A stretch of 64,000 nucleotides of DNA from an uncultured Holophagales bacterium (lineage in GTDB: Bacteria > Acidobacteriota > Thermoanaerobaculia > Multivoradales > UBA5704), in contig CAWJGT010000009.1 of assembly GCA_963842525.1 (NCBI GenBank), forward strand, positions 832,001-896,000, written 5' to 3'. The notes beneath the pieces are model-generated. The model was not told where the DNA came from. It searched no databases and was given only the letters and a program-made list of their open reading frames with translations. The first letter of the stretch is position 1, and each line of letters begins with the position of its first letter. A program made the position numbers and the translations under genes. Positions 40,818 through 50,766 of this stretch are shown here, piece after piece.

Positions 40818-41747
40818 ATGAGCCGATCCACGCATCGCCTCGCCCTGTTCACCGGCACCGTAATGGCCTTGACGACGTTCGGTCCTCCGGCCGTCTCGGA
40901 GGCTGCCGTCGTCAAAGACCATCCGCTGGTCCAACCCTATTCCGGCTCGACGCTGACGCGCCGCGAGGATGAAGGTTTCAGTGAATACAAAGTGGTCGTC
41001 GGCCTCGATCAGAAGGGCAAGACCGATGACGAGGTCATGAAGACGACCAAGGCCTCCGGCGAGCTGACGCGCCTCTTCTACGAGAATCCCAAGGAGAGGT
41101 CTCCGCTCGAGGTCTTCAACAACTACAAGGAGGCGCTCGAGCGCGCCGGTTTCCAGATCCTCTTCGAGTGTGCGGACACGGGATGCGGGCCGAGCTGGGC
41201 ATCGAGCCGCTGGGGTCGTGTCAACGGCATGAGATACGTATCGAGCTCGATGTGGTATCTCGCGGCGCGGCGGCAACGTGAGGAAACCTATGTCGCGCTG
41301 TCGGTCATGAAATTGCGCCACCAGATCGACGTCCTCGAGGGAAAGCCGATGGAACGGGGTCTGGTGACCGTCACGGCCGAGGCGCTGCAGAAGGGATTGA
41401 TGGCCGACGGGAGAGCCGTCCTTGACGGCGTCCTGTTCGATCATGACAAGGCGACGATCAAGGCCGAATCGAAACCGGCGCTCGACGTCATCGGCAAGTA
41501 CCTGAAGGACAACCCCGGCCTCAAGGTCTTCATCGTCGGACATACCGATACCGCGGGCGCCCTCGATTACAATCTGAGCCTCTCGCGCCAACGCGCGCAA
41601 GCCGTGGTGGACGCCCTCGTCAAGAGCTATGGAATTCCCGCCGAGCGGCTGGCGGCTCATGGCGTCGGCCCGCTGTCGCCCGCCAGATCGAACCGGTCCG
41701 ACCCAGGCAGGGCCGAAAACCGGCGCGTCGAGATGGTCGAGCGATAG
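40818..41747 (+). CDS. OmpA-family protein (DUF4892-like N-terminus)
   Basis: VGHTD..YNLSLSRQRA..NRRVE. Confidence 0.9.
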   Translation: MSRSTHRLALFTGTVMALTTFGPPAVSEAAVVKDHPLVQPYSGSTLTRREDEGFSEYKVVVGLDQKGKTDDEVMKTTKASGELTRLFYENPKERSPLEVFNNYKEALERAGFQILFECADTGCGPSWASSRWGRVNGMRYVSSSMWYLAARRQREETYVALSVMKLRHQIDVLEGKPMERGLVTVTAEALQKGLMADGRAVLDGVLFDHDKATIKAESKPALDVIGKYLKDNPGLKVFIVGHTDTAGALDYNLSLSRQRAQAVVDALVKSYGIPAERLAAHGVGPLSPARSNRSDPGRAENRRVEMVER

Positions 41748-41767
41748 CCGCGCGAGTCAGAAGCCCG

Positions 41768-44227
41768 TCACTTCGCCGCTCCGTCCGCCAACCCAAGATC
41801 GTCGAGGATCACCACGCCCTCGGGGCTGCGGTCGAAGACGAGTCGGATTTCCTGGAGGGCCGCTGGATCGAATCCGGGCTTGGCCGCGGCGAAGGCGCGC
41901 AGCGGCAGCTCGAAGGTCTGGAGGATCGGCTCCCAGGCGTCGCCATAGAGCTCGGCTTCGTCTTTCAGCTTGGTGAAATGGGACTGGAGCGGGATCGGCA
42001 AGGCGCGGAAGCGTGACAACGGCAGGCGGACGGTGGTTCCGTCATCCGCGACGAGCTCGACGGAGAGGTCGAGGGGCTCTTTGCCCTCCTTCTTGTCCCG
42101 CTCCTCCTTGGCTTCGCGCTCTTTCGCCTTCCGCTCTTCTTCCTTTTCCTCGGCCTTCTTCGCGGCCTCGCTTTTAGGCTTGTCGTCCTTCTTCGCTTTG
42201 TCCTTGGGGTCGGGCGGCTCGTCGCCGGAATCGGTCAGGGAGAAGACGAGCATGGATTCGGCGTCCGGGCCTTTCCAGTCGGGCGGCAGCTCGTGCGGCA
42301 GCCGGACGGCGTACGTTGCAACCTTTTTTGGCGTGGCGGAGTCGCGCTTCCAGCCGAGGACGACCACCTGGTTCTGCTTCGTGCCCTCTCCCTGGCGGAA
42401 GCCGAGGTCTTTCTCTTTCCAGAGGGCGAGATCGCGGCCTTCGATCTTAGCGCCTTTCAGGGCCGCCGTGGTCACGTCCACGTCCTCTTCGGAATCGGCG
42501 ACCGCGCGGAAGGTGGAGTCCTGGAACCGGGTGATGTAGAGGTCGTCGGGCAACCAGGCGCGGGCGCTTCGGCTGTCGCGGAAGAGGCCGACATAGGCCG
42601 GATTGTCATGGAGCGTCGCCTCCAGAAAGGCGGAGATGTAGACCACTCCGATCTTCCGTTGCGCCTCGGGCGTGAGGAGCGCGGCGCGGTTGAGGAGCAG
42701 GGAGCCGGGCTGACCGTTGTCGGCGTCGCCCCAGACGGTGTTGAACTGGCCGTGGTTGGCCCGGTAGCTGTAGAGGATCGCCTTGAAGGCATAGCGGCCG
42801 TCCTCGAAGGTGAGCCGGCGGTAGAGGCGCTCGCCGAGGAAGACCGAGACGTCGGCGTCGTGTGCCCCTTGGAGGAGGAGATAGCTGACGTCCGCAACCG
42901 GCGCCGGCTTGCCGGCGGGTTTGTACTGGCCGTCGCTCGGTGCGATGGCCACGACCGCGCGGATGTTGAAGTTGAAGCCGAGGGGCACGGTGGCGTCGTC
43001 GGGATAGCGGGGGAGGCGGTTGAAAGAGGCGGCAAGGCCCGCGGCCTCGCCGCCGCGTGAGTGGCCGATCAGGGCGATGCGGTCGAGGTTCACCTTGCGA
43101 TGGAAAGGATTTCCCGGCGTGCGGTTCCAGCCGCGCCAGACCTCCAGGTGCTTCAGGAGCATCCAGCCGCGGCCGTCGTTCTCCTTCTCCAGCCCGCCGG
43201 ACCAGGAGCCGTTGAAGAAGTTTTCGTCCACCGATACGGTGATGATCCCGCGGCTGGCGAGGAGCTTGCCCAGCCATTCGTAGCCGGGATCGGAGAAATC
43301 GGACATGTCGTGGTTGCCGTGGACGACGAGGACGAGCGGGAAGGGCCCAGGGCCGTCGGGGTACCAGACGCGGCCGTTGCGGGGGAACTTGTCGAAGCCG
43401 AAGCCCCAGTACCACTCGCGCACGTCGATGGTCCACCCTTCGTTGCCTTCGACGAACGGCGTCGCGTCCACGGTCGGGGCTTTGAGGTCGACATTGCGTC
43501 CAAATTCGGGGCGCCAGCGGTCGGTGCCGCTGCCGTAGGTCAGGGTGAGGACGCGGTAGGGGCCCGGCCGCGATGGATCGGCGGCGGCAATGGGTGCGAC
43601 GCGCACGGGATCGGGCCGCCGCAGCTTGACCAGGTGCTCGGTATTGCCGCGGTCGGCGATCCAGAGGACGAGCCAGACGTTGGCGGCCAGAGCGGCGAGG
43701 ACGGCCAGGACCAGAGCTGTGCGCTTCGCCGGCCGAAGGCGCTCCTTTCCCAGGAGCAGGACGAGGGCGCCGCCCAGGAAGGCCTCGACGAGCACGATCC
43801 CCAGGCCGGTCAGGATACCGAGCTGCGCCGGCAGCCCGAGCGTGAGCAGCCCGATGAGGAGGACGCCGAGCGCCCCGAAACCGGCCCAGCCGAGGAAGCG
43901 CGGGAGCAGGCTCAGGAGCTTCCAGGCCAGGACCACGGCGAGGCCGGCGAGCCCGGCGAAAATCAGCGCCACCAGGATGCCGGCCGGGATGTCCAACCGG
44001 AGTCCCACGCCGGGACGGAGGAAGGCGCCGACCAAGGCGACGAAGAGGCCGGCCGCGGCAACCGCCCCCCAGGCTGCACCCTTCCGCGTCCGCGGCCCCG
44101 GCTGTATCCGCTGCCAGGTGCGCGACAGCCAGCCGCGGAACCGTTGCCCTCGGCCCGGCCGGCCGGGCTGTTCCGGCTCGGCCGGGACGGGTTGGACCGC
44201 ATGCACCGGTTCGCTCGCCATGGGCAC
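41768..44227 (-). CDS. Membrane-anchored alpha/beta hydrolase
   Basis: N-terminal TMs, VVHGNH, GHSRGGEA, ANHGQFN. Confidence 0.85.
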   Translation of the reverse strand: MPMASEPVHAVQPVPAEPEQPGRPGRGQRFRGWLSRTWQRIQPGPRTRKGAAWGAVAAAGLFVALVGAFLRPGVGLRLDIPAGILVALIFAGLAGLAVVLAWKLLSLLPRFLGWAGFGALGVLLIGLLTLGLPAQLGILTGLGIVLVEAFLGGALVLLLGKERLRPAKRTALVLAVLAALAANVWLVLWIADRGNTEHLVKLRRPDPVRVAPIAAADPSRPGPYRVLTLTYGSGTDRWRPEFGRNVDLKAPTVDATPFVEGNEGWTIDVREWYWGFGFDKFPRNGRVWYPDGPGPFPLVLVVHGNHDMSDFSDPGYEWLGKLLASRGIITVSVDENFFNGSWSGGLEKENDGRGWMLLKHLEVWRGWNRTPGNPFHRKVNLDRIALIGHSRGGEAAGLAASFNRLPRYPDDATVPLGFNFNIRAVVAIAPSDGQYKPAGKPAPVADVSYLLLQGAHDADVSVFLGERLYRRLTFEDGRYAFKAILYSYRANHGQFNTVWGDADNGQPGSLLLNRAALLTPEAQRKIGVVYISAFLEATLHDNPAYVGLFRDSRSARAWLPDDLYITRFQDSTFRAVADSEEDVDVTTAALKGAKIEGRDLALWKEKDLGFRQGEGTKQNQVVVLGWKRDSATPKKVATYAVRLPHELPPDWKGPDAESMLVFSLTDSGDEPPDPKDKAKKDDKPKSEAAKKAEEKEEERKAKEREAKEERDKKEGKEPLDLSVELVADDGTTVRLPLSRFRALPIPLQSHFTKLKDEAELYGDAWEPILQTFELPLRAFAAAKPGFDPAALQEIRLVFDRSPEGVVILDDLGLADGAAK

Positions 44228-44334
44228 ACCTCCTCCAGGTCTGGTGATCTACGCCCTGGAGGATAGAACGAGTCGGAGGCGGGCAAGGTTGCTGCGAGGT
44301 GGGATCGCGACCCGATCCCATCTCACCACCGCAT

Positions 44335-45666
44335 TCATCCGCCGGCAGGCTCCGGGATGGCCGGCAGGGGTGGGGGCGGCGGCTCCACGACGCTTCCCGG
44401 TGCGGGCGTCAGGACCGAGTACACCTCGCGCGGGGCGAGCCCCAGCCAGGGGTCCCAGCCGGGTGTCCGGAACAGCTCCCGGTAGACCCTGCTGTTGAAG
44501 TCTTCCAGGTTGGGTACGAGCTCAGCCTCGGCGAGCCAGGAGTGGATGGTGGCGTGGAGGAGGTATTCGTTGCGCACCGTGTCCTCGGCCAGAAGCTCTT
44601 CGAAGCGAGCGAACGACGGTTCCAGGCCGTGTGCGCCGACCCAGGAGCCGAGCTTGCTGCGGAGCAGCCGCCGGCTGGCGTCGTCGAGGACCGCCTCGTC
44701 GCGGTGGAGGGACGCGACGTCCACCGGGGTGATCTCGGCCGCGTCGGGAGCCTGGACGCGGTCCAGTGTGATTGCCGTGAGGAACGACTGCTCCCCGGCC
44801 GACTTCATCATCGTGAGCCGCGACAACCGGACAGCCGAGTAGATCGGCTTGCCCCCGCCCCAGCGGGCCGCGCTGATGGTGGATGCAGCCATGATTTCGG
44901 GTATCTCCACCCCCAGCTCCTGGAGGTCCCGGGTGAGGGCGCTCTGAAGGGACTCGAGCCGGTCGCGATGGTACCGCGCGCTCCTCTTGGCAAACTTCGG
45001 GTCCGGGAGGTCCGCCAGCCGCTTCGCCTCGGCCTCGGCCTGGCCCAGCGCTTTCAGGAAGGCCTGCGGTCCGTAGAGGCCGGGCAGGGCGTCGACAAGC
45101 CGGCCGTTCTGGTCCAGCACGTAGTGGATGCTGTTTCCTGTGATCGTCCCTTCGAGGCGCCGGCCGTCCCCGAAGTCGACGGTCACCTTGGGCACCGGCC
45201 GTTCCGACTGCCAATACAGCACGAAGCGGTCGCGCAGCACGCTGGAGACCGATTCGTTGGCGTACAGCACGGCGCGGAAAAAACGGCTGTTGGCGCAGCT
45301 CAGCTCCTCGTCCAGCCGGCCGAGCAGGCGCAGGGAGAGGATCGGCCTGCCGGTCCGTTGCGCCGCCTCGCGGGCCGACGCGAGGTCGGTATACCAGTAG
45401 AGGTGAGAGGCGGCGCAGTCCCGCTGCGCGCAGACCGCGTCGAGGGCCGCCTGGAACGCAGGGCTCTCGCCCAGATCGGGCTCGGCTTCCGCGAAGGCGA
45501 GCATGTCCTCGACGCCCGAAGGCCCGGCGGCGCGCAGCTCCGCGATCGCCGCGGCGTCGCCACCTGCCGCGCGATGGAGCAGGTCCGGCGTGGCCGTGAC
45601 GGCTGCACAGATGCCGAGGCTGGCGCCCAGCAGAAGGATCACTGACTTCCATGTTCTGGGTTGCAT
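44335..45666 (-). CDS. Exported conserved hypothetical protein
   Basis: 443 aa, GGAGG RBS, signal peptide, LLGRLDEELSCANSRFFR. Confidence 0.75.
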   Translation of the reverse strand: MQPRTWKSVILLLGASLGICAAVTATPDLLHRAAGGDAAAIAELRAAGPSGVEDMLAFAEAEPDLGESPAFQAALDAVCAQRDCAASHLYWYTDLASAREAAQRTGRPILSLRLLGRLDEELSCANSRFFRAVLYANESVSSVLRDRFVLYWQSERPVPKVTVDFGDGRRLEGTITGNSIHYVLDQNGRLVDALPGLYGPQAFLKALGQAEAEAKRLADLPDPKFAKRSARYHRDRLESLQSALTRDLQELGVEIPEIMAASTISAARWGGGKPIYSAVRLSRLTMMKSAGEQSFLTAITLDRVQAPDAAEITPVDVASLHRDEAVLDDASRRLLRSKLGSWVGAHGLEPSFARFEELLAEDTVRNEYLLHATIHSWLAEAELVPNLEDFNSRVYRELFRTPGWDPWLGLAPREVYSVLTPAPGSVVEPPPPPLPAIPEPAGG

Positions 45667-45776
45667 TGCATCCTCCTTTCGATCGTGGCCAGTCTAGGAT
45701 CTGGCCGGGCCTCGTTTCGTAACGCCTCTGTAACTTCGGCCCGGGCTGCCGAACCCGTGCGCTAGACTGAACGCGC

Positions 45777-46469
45777 ATGACCTGCCGCACCGTGCTCGTG
45801 ATCGAGGATGACCTGGCCATTCGCCGCGGTCTGCGCGACGCCCTGCGCTACGAGGGATACGAGGTCCAGGAGGCGGGCGATGCCGCCGCGGGAGAACGGC
45901 TGGCGCTGGACAGCGATGCCGACCTCGTCCTCCTCGACCTGGTGTTGCCGCGGGGGGACGGGCTCGCGGTGCTGTCGCGGATCCGCGCGGCAAAGCCCGC
46001 ATTGCCGGTCATCCTGATTACCGCGCGGGGCTCCGAAGAGGACCGCGTGCGCGGCCTGCGGCTCGGCGCCGACGACTACGTGGTGAAGCCCTTCAGCGTT
46101 CGCGAGCTGCTGGCACGCGTCGAGTCGGTCCTGCGGCGCTCGCCGGAGAGGCAGGCCGGCGTGGCCTCGCTCCCGCTGCCTGGCGGCGAAGTGGATCTCG
46201 ACCGCCTGGAGATCCGGTTCGCGGACGGGCCGAGCGTCGAGCTGACGCCGCTGGAGGCCGACCTGCTCCGCTATCTGGCATCGAGCACCGACCGCGCCCT
46301 GTCACGCGAAGAGCTGCTCCTGCGCATCTGGAAGCTCGACCCGCGGCACGTGCAGACCCGCTCTGTGGACATGGCCGTCGCACGTCTGCGAAAGAAGCTG
46401 CGCGACGACGTCGATCCGCCCCGTCTCCTCCTCACGGTGCGTGGCAAGGGCTACAAGCTGGCGCGATGA
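45777..46469 (+). CDS. OmpR-family response regulator
   Basis: VIEDD, LLDLVLP, GADDYVVKPF, TVRGKGY. Confidence 0.93.
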   Translation: MTCRTVLVIEDDLAIRRGLRDALRYEGYEVQEAGDAAAGERLALDSDADLVLLDLVLPRGDGLAVLSRIRAAKPALPVILITARGSEEDRVRGLRLGADDYVVKPFSVRELLARVESVLRRSPERQAGVASLPLPGGEVDLDRLEIRFADGPSVELTPLEADLLRYLASSTDRALSREELLLRIWKLDPRHVQTRSVDMAVARLRKKLRDDVDPPRLLLTVRGKGYKLAR

Positions 46470-48112
46470 TCTGGCGGCGGCTCGCTCTCGGCCTGGCTCT
46501 TGCGGTCGCCGTGACCGTGCTCGCGGGCGCGCTGGTCTGGATCACCCGTACGACCCTGAAGCTCGAAGAGGACCAGGTTGAGGCACAGCGTCTCGCGACC
46601 CAGGAGGAGAAGGTCCGGCTCGCGCTGTGGCGCCTGGATTCGGCGCTCACCGCCTTTGTCGGCCGCGAGAACTCGCGCCCCGCCGAGCCGTTCCCGAAAG
46701 AAAACCGGAGTGATGACGTCTACAGCCGCTTCGAACGGAGCCGGTTCGATGTGAGCGCTGGACGTTCGGCCCGCGCGGCTTCGGATGGCGGCGTGCCCGT
46801 CGAGACGCTCTTCGCCGCTCTCGCCGCGTCGCCTTCGCTGCCCGAGCTGCCGCCGGCTCCCCGGCCGCCTCCGCCGCCGGAGCCCAAGCAGATCGCACAG
46901 GCAGAACCGGACCCGCAGGAGATCCAGTCCCTGCTGAACGAGAACGAGTTCGTCCAGCGCAGCATGAACATGTCCCAGCAGACGGCCTTGTACGTGCCAC
47001 CTGCAGGCCCCCCTGCCCCGACCGGCCGCCAGCAGGCTGGTCCGGCCCCGCGCCAGGTTGAAACCACGTTCCAGCCGGTGTGGGTGGGGGAGGACCTCTA
47101 CCTCGTGCGGCGGGTGCGCCAGGGCCGGGAGGTGCGTCTCCAGGGAATCGCGATCGAATGGCCGGAGATGCGCGGCTGGATGCTCGATCAGGTGCGTGAT
47201 TTACTCCCGCGCGGCGCCCTCCTGCCGGCTGTCGCGAAGACGGCCGATCCCGGGCGCCGCCTCGCTCTGCTGCCGGTGCGCCTGGTCCCGGGCCCGCTGC
47301 CCACGCCGGCGTCCCCTGCCTGGACCCCGGCGCGGCTCACCCTGGCCGCGGCCTCCGGGGCCATCGTGCTCGTCGTGGGAGGATTCGCGGCGCTCCTCCT
47401 CGGCAGCCTCCACCAGAGCCGGCGGCGCGCCGACTTCGTCTCCGCAGTCACCCATGAGCTGCGCACCCCGCTCACCACCTTCCGGATGTACGCGGACATG
47501 CTGGCCGACGGCATGGTCCCGGCCGGCCAACAGGGGGAGTACCTCGACACCCTCCGGGTCGAGGCGGGCCGCCTCGGGCACCTGGTAGAAAACGTGCTCG
47601 CCTACGCGCGCCTGGAGCGGCGGTCGCGGCACGTCGAGCCCGAGCCGGTGGATTTGGAAGCGTTCCTCCAGGAGATGGAGGACCGGCTCGGCGAGCTTGC
47701 GGCCCGTGGCGGCTTCGAGGTGGTGCTTCATCCGGCCGGCGACGCCGCGGGGGCCTGCGTCCTGGTCGATCGCGGCGCGGTCGAGCGCATCCTCCTCAAC
47801 TGGGTGGACAACGCCTGCAAGTACGCCGCGGAGGCCGAAGACCGCAGGCTGGAGATCCAGCCGCTGCGGCGGGGCTCGTCCGTCATCCTACGCCTGCGGG
47901 ACCACGGGCCGGGCATCCCGCAGCCCGAGCGCCGGCGGATCTTCCGTCCCTTCCACAAATCCGCCCACCGCGCCGCCGCCAGCGCGCCCGGCGTAGGCCT
48001 CGGGCTCACGCTCAGCCGCGGGCTCGCCCGCAGCCAGGGAGGCGATCTGCGGCTGGTCGATGCCGAGGGGGGAGGGGCGGCGTTCGAGCTGCGGCTGCAG
48101 GTAGTGTGTTGA
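46466..48112 (+). CDS. Sensor histidine kinase
   Basis: THELRTPL, NWVDNACKY, DHGPGI, GVGLGL. Confidence 0.93.
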   Translation: MIWRRLALGLALAVAVTVLAGALVWITRTTLKLEEDQVEAQRLATQEEKVRLALWRLDSALTAFVGRENSRPAEPFPKENRSDDVYSRFERSRFDVSAGRSARAASDGGVPVETLFAALAASPSLPELPPAPRPPPPPEPKQIAQAEPDPQEIQSLLNENEFVQRSMNMSQQTALYVPPAGPPAPTGRQQAGPAPRQVETTFQPVWVGEDLYLVRRVRQGREVRLQGIAIEWPEMRGWMLDQVRDLLPRGALLPAVAKTADPGRRLALLPVRLVPGPLPTPASPAWTPARLTLAAASGAIVLVVGGFAALLLGSLHQSRRRADFVSAVTHELRTPLTTFRMYADMLADGMVPAGQQGEYLDTLRVEAGRLGHLVENVLAYARLERRSRHVEPEPVDLEAFLQEMEDRLGELAARGGFEVVLHPAGDAAGACVLVDRGAVERILLNWVDNACKYAAEAEDRRLEIQPLRRGSSVILRLRDHGPGIPQPERRRIFRPFHKSAHRAAASAPGVGLGLTLSRGLARSQGGDLRLVDAEGGGAAFELRLQVVC

Positions 48113-48118
48113 CCAGGT

Positions 48119-48415
48119 CTAACGCCGGCCGATCCAGTACTCGGGATGACGTTTCTGGTGAGCTACAGCCAGAATACGGATTCTACCTTTCGGGAGAGGG
48201 CGATACAGCAGGGAGTAGGGAAACTTGGGGAGAACGAGCCGCCGAGTGTTGCCTCGGATCTTCGGAGCAATCTCCGGATAATCCATGAGGAGCGCCACAC
48301 CAGCCTCTACCTCATCGAGGAAGCGACGACCAAGGCCGGGCACCTCTCGTTCATAGTGTTCGATCGCCTCGGCGAGCTCGCGCTCGGCCAAGCGATTGAA
48401 GATAGCGCCCCTCAT
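48119..48415 (-). CDS. RelE/ParE-family toxin
   Basis: AERELAEAIEHY..FPYSLLY..ILAVAHQKRHPEYW. Confidence 0.88.
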   Translation of the reverse strand: MRGAIFNRLAERELAEAIEHYEREVPGLGRRFLDEVEAGVALLMDYPEIAPKIRGNTRRLVLPKFPYSLLYRPLPKGRIRILAVAHQKRHPEYWIGRR

Positions 48416-48648
48416 CCGAGAGACGAGCGGAGGCGCTGGAAGACCTCCTCAGCCGGAATCTCCGGCTCCTCTCCGCTCTCCATCGCCAGATCCCGGCGCT
48501 CCGCTTCCTCTGCCCAGACCTGGGCAACCCTCTCGTCGATCTCCAGACTATGCTCGTATTTCAGGAGCAGGCGCTCCAATAGCTCGGCGCGGTCTCCTGG
48601 AGGCAGCCTGAGGGCTTCGGCTTCGATCTCGTCGATCGTCAGGTTCAT
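48412..48648 (-). CDS. Addiction-module antitoxin
   Basis: EALRLPPGDRAELLERLL..WAEEAERR; overlaps the toxin start. Confidence 0.85.
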   Translation of the reverse strand: MNLTIDEIEAEALRLPPGDRAELLERLLLKYEHSLEIDERVAQVWAEEAERRDLAMESGEEPEIPAEEVFQRLRSSLG

Positions 48649-48732
48649 AGGTTCCCCTCGGTCATTCCGATCTCGGCAACTCATATCTTATACTGCCATC
48701 GGAATACTTTCTACCCTTGCCGAGACCGGCCG

Positions 48733-50628
48733 TCACCAACCGATCCCGTAGTCCTCGCCGAAATCGCTGGCGCCGCCCCACATGGTGCCGTGCTCGTGGT
48801 CGAAAAGGATGGCGTTGGTGGGACCGGAGGTGCGCTCTTCGACCTCGATCCTGTAGCCCATCTTCTGCAGCTCGGCCCTCACCCAGGACGGGGTGCTGGC
48901 ATGCACCATGACCCGCCCTGGCTGGGATTCGTGATTCCCGAAGGAGCTGCGCATCTGGAAGCTGTTGATGTTGGGGCCTTCAACCGCCTCCTGGACGTTC
49001 ATCCCGAACTCCACGACGTCGAGGAAGAACTGGAGGAGGTTCTGGTCCTGCGTGTCGCCACCCTGGACCGCGAAGGCCAGATAGGGCTTGCCGTTCTTGA
49101 GGGCCAGGGTGGGGGTGAGCGTCACGCGTGGGTGCTTGCCGGGCACCAGCACGTTGAAGGGGTTCTGCCCCTCGTCCAGCACGAAGCTCTGCATGCGCTG
49201 CGAAAGGCCGATGCCGGTGCGGCCGGCCACGAAGGCCGGCACCCAGCCGCCGCTCGGCGTCACGGACACCACCCAGCCCTCCTCGTCGGCGGCCTCGATC
49301 GAGGTCGTCCCGGCGCGGAAGCCTTCGTCGAAGCTCATCGCCGGTTCGAGGGAAGCATTGTGCGGCTGCGTCCAGCTCTTCGACTCCTCGGGCGTCCCCC
49401 ATTTCTCCAGGAGCTGGAGAAAAGGGTTCTTTTTCCCCTGCCCTTCGAACGGATAGGGGTCGCCCGGCTTGACCGCCGGATCGTTGCGCTCCCAGTTGAT
49501 CTGCTTCCGCCGGGTTTCGGCATAAGCCTTGGACAGCAGCCCCTGGACAGGCTCCTCGGGCGGGAAGTACGGGTCGCCGTAGTAGAAGTCGCGGTCGGCG
49601 AAAGCCAGGTTCATGGCCTGATAAATGGTATGGATATAGCGCGAGCTGTTGAGCCCCATCCCTTTCAAGTCCAGGGGCTCCAGGATGTTCAGGGCCTGGA
49701 GCATCGCGGGACCCTGGGTCCAGACCGTCAGCTTGTAGACGTCGATCCCCTTGTAGGTGGTCTTGACCGGCTCCTCGATCCTCACCTGCCATTTCGCCAG
49801 GTCGTCGCGGGTGATGAGGCCGCCCTGTTCCTGCGTGCCGCGGGCGAGCTCTTCGGCAATGTCGCCCTTGTAGAAACGGTCGTAGGCGGCCTGGATGGCC
49901 TCCTTGCGGTTCTTGCCCTGGGACAGGGCCTGCCGCTCGGCCTCCACCAGCTTGCGCAGGGTGGCGGCCAGGTCGGGCTGGCGGAAGACCTCGCCGGCCC
50001 AGGGCGCCTCCCGAGTCTCCCCGAGGTGGGGGAGGAAGACGGCGCGGGAGGCAGGCCACTCCTTGATCCGCTTCTTCTCGGCCTCGATCCGGTTGGTGAG
50101 CTGCGCCTCGATGGGGAAGCCGTCGGCCATCTGGATCGCCGGCCCGAGGACGTCGGCAAGCGAGAGGCGTCCATACTCCGCCAGCATCACCATGAGCCCA
50201 CCCGGCGTGCCCGGGGTCACCGCCGCCAGAGGTCCGTACTCCGGCGGATAGGCCATGTTCTTGCCGTGGTAGTAGTCCGGCGTCGCCCCGGTGGGCGCCA
50301 CGCCCAGCGCGTTGATGCCGATGACCTTGCGGGTCTTGGGGTTCCAGATCAGGGCCTGGGTCTCGCCGCCCCAGCCCAGGGTGTCCCACATGGTGCAGGT
50401 GGCGGCCAGCATGGCGCACGCGGCATCCACGGCGTTGCCGCCCTTCTGGAACATCATGGCGCCGGCCGTGGCCGCGAGCGGCTTGCCGGTGATGGCCAGC
50501 CAGTGGCGGGCATGGAGAACAGGCTTGGCGGTGCGGGCCGTCCCAGGCTGGACAGCCAGGCTGGTGACCAGGAGCGCGAGCGTTGCGGCGAGCAGAGCGG
50601 GGCGACGAAGACCGGAGAGCTGGGCCAT
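48733..50628 (-). CDS. ggt: Gamma-glutamyltransferase family protein
   Basis: GGNAVDAA, FYKGDIA, AFADRD, N-terminal nucleophile GTTSIEAAD, GGDTQDQ. Confidence 0.9.
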   Translation of the reverse strand: MAQLSGLRRPALLAATLALLVTSLAVQPGTARTAKPVLHARHWLAITGKPLAATAGAMMFQKGGNAVDAACAMLAATCTMWDTLGWGGETQALIWNPKTRKVIGINALGVAPTGATPDYYHGKNMAYPPEYGPLAAVTPGTPGGLMVMLAEYGRLSLADVLGPAIQMADGFPIEAQLTNRIEAEKKRIKEWPASRAVFLPHLGETREAPWAGEVFRQPDLAATLRKLVEAERQALSQGKNRKEAIQAAYDRFYKGDIAEELARGTQEQGGLITRDDLAKWQVRIEEPVKTTYKGIDVYKLTVWTQGPAMLQALNILEPLDLKGMGLNSSRYIHTIYQAMNLAFADRDFYYGDPYFPPEEPVQGLLSKAYAETRRKQINWERNDPAVKPGDPYPFEGQGKKNPFLQLLEKWGTPEESKSWTQPHNASLEPAMSFDEGFRAGTTSIEAADEEGWVVSVTPSGGWVPAFVAGRTGIGLSQRMQSFVLDEGQNPFNVLVPGKHPRVTLTPTLALKNGKPYLAFAVQGGDTQDQNLLQFFLDVVEFGMNVQEAVEGPNINSFQMRSSFGNHESQPGRVMVHASTPSWVRAELQKMGYRIEVEERTSGPTNAILFDHEHGTMWGGASDFGEDYGIGW

Positions 50629-50766
50629 GGTTCCTCCTCCTCTTCGGGGCAGGAGTCTACAGGAGGAGGGTGTGAAACTTTTTGCCCGCCCAATCGCCTA
50701 TGATTGACGAAACAACTGGACAACGGCCCGGGAATAGTGGCCCGGCGATCGTCCGGGGAGGTGCAT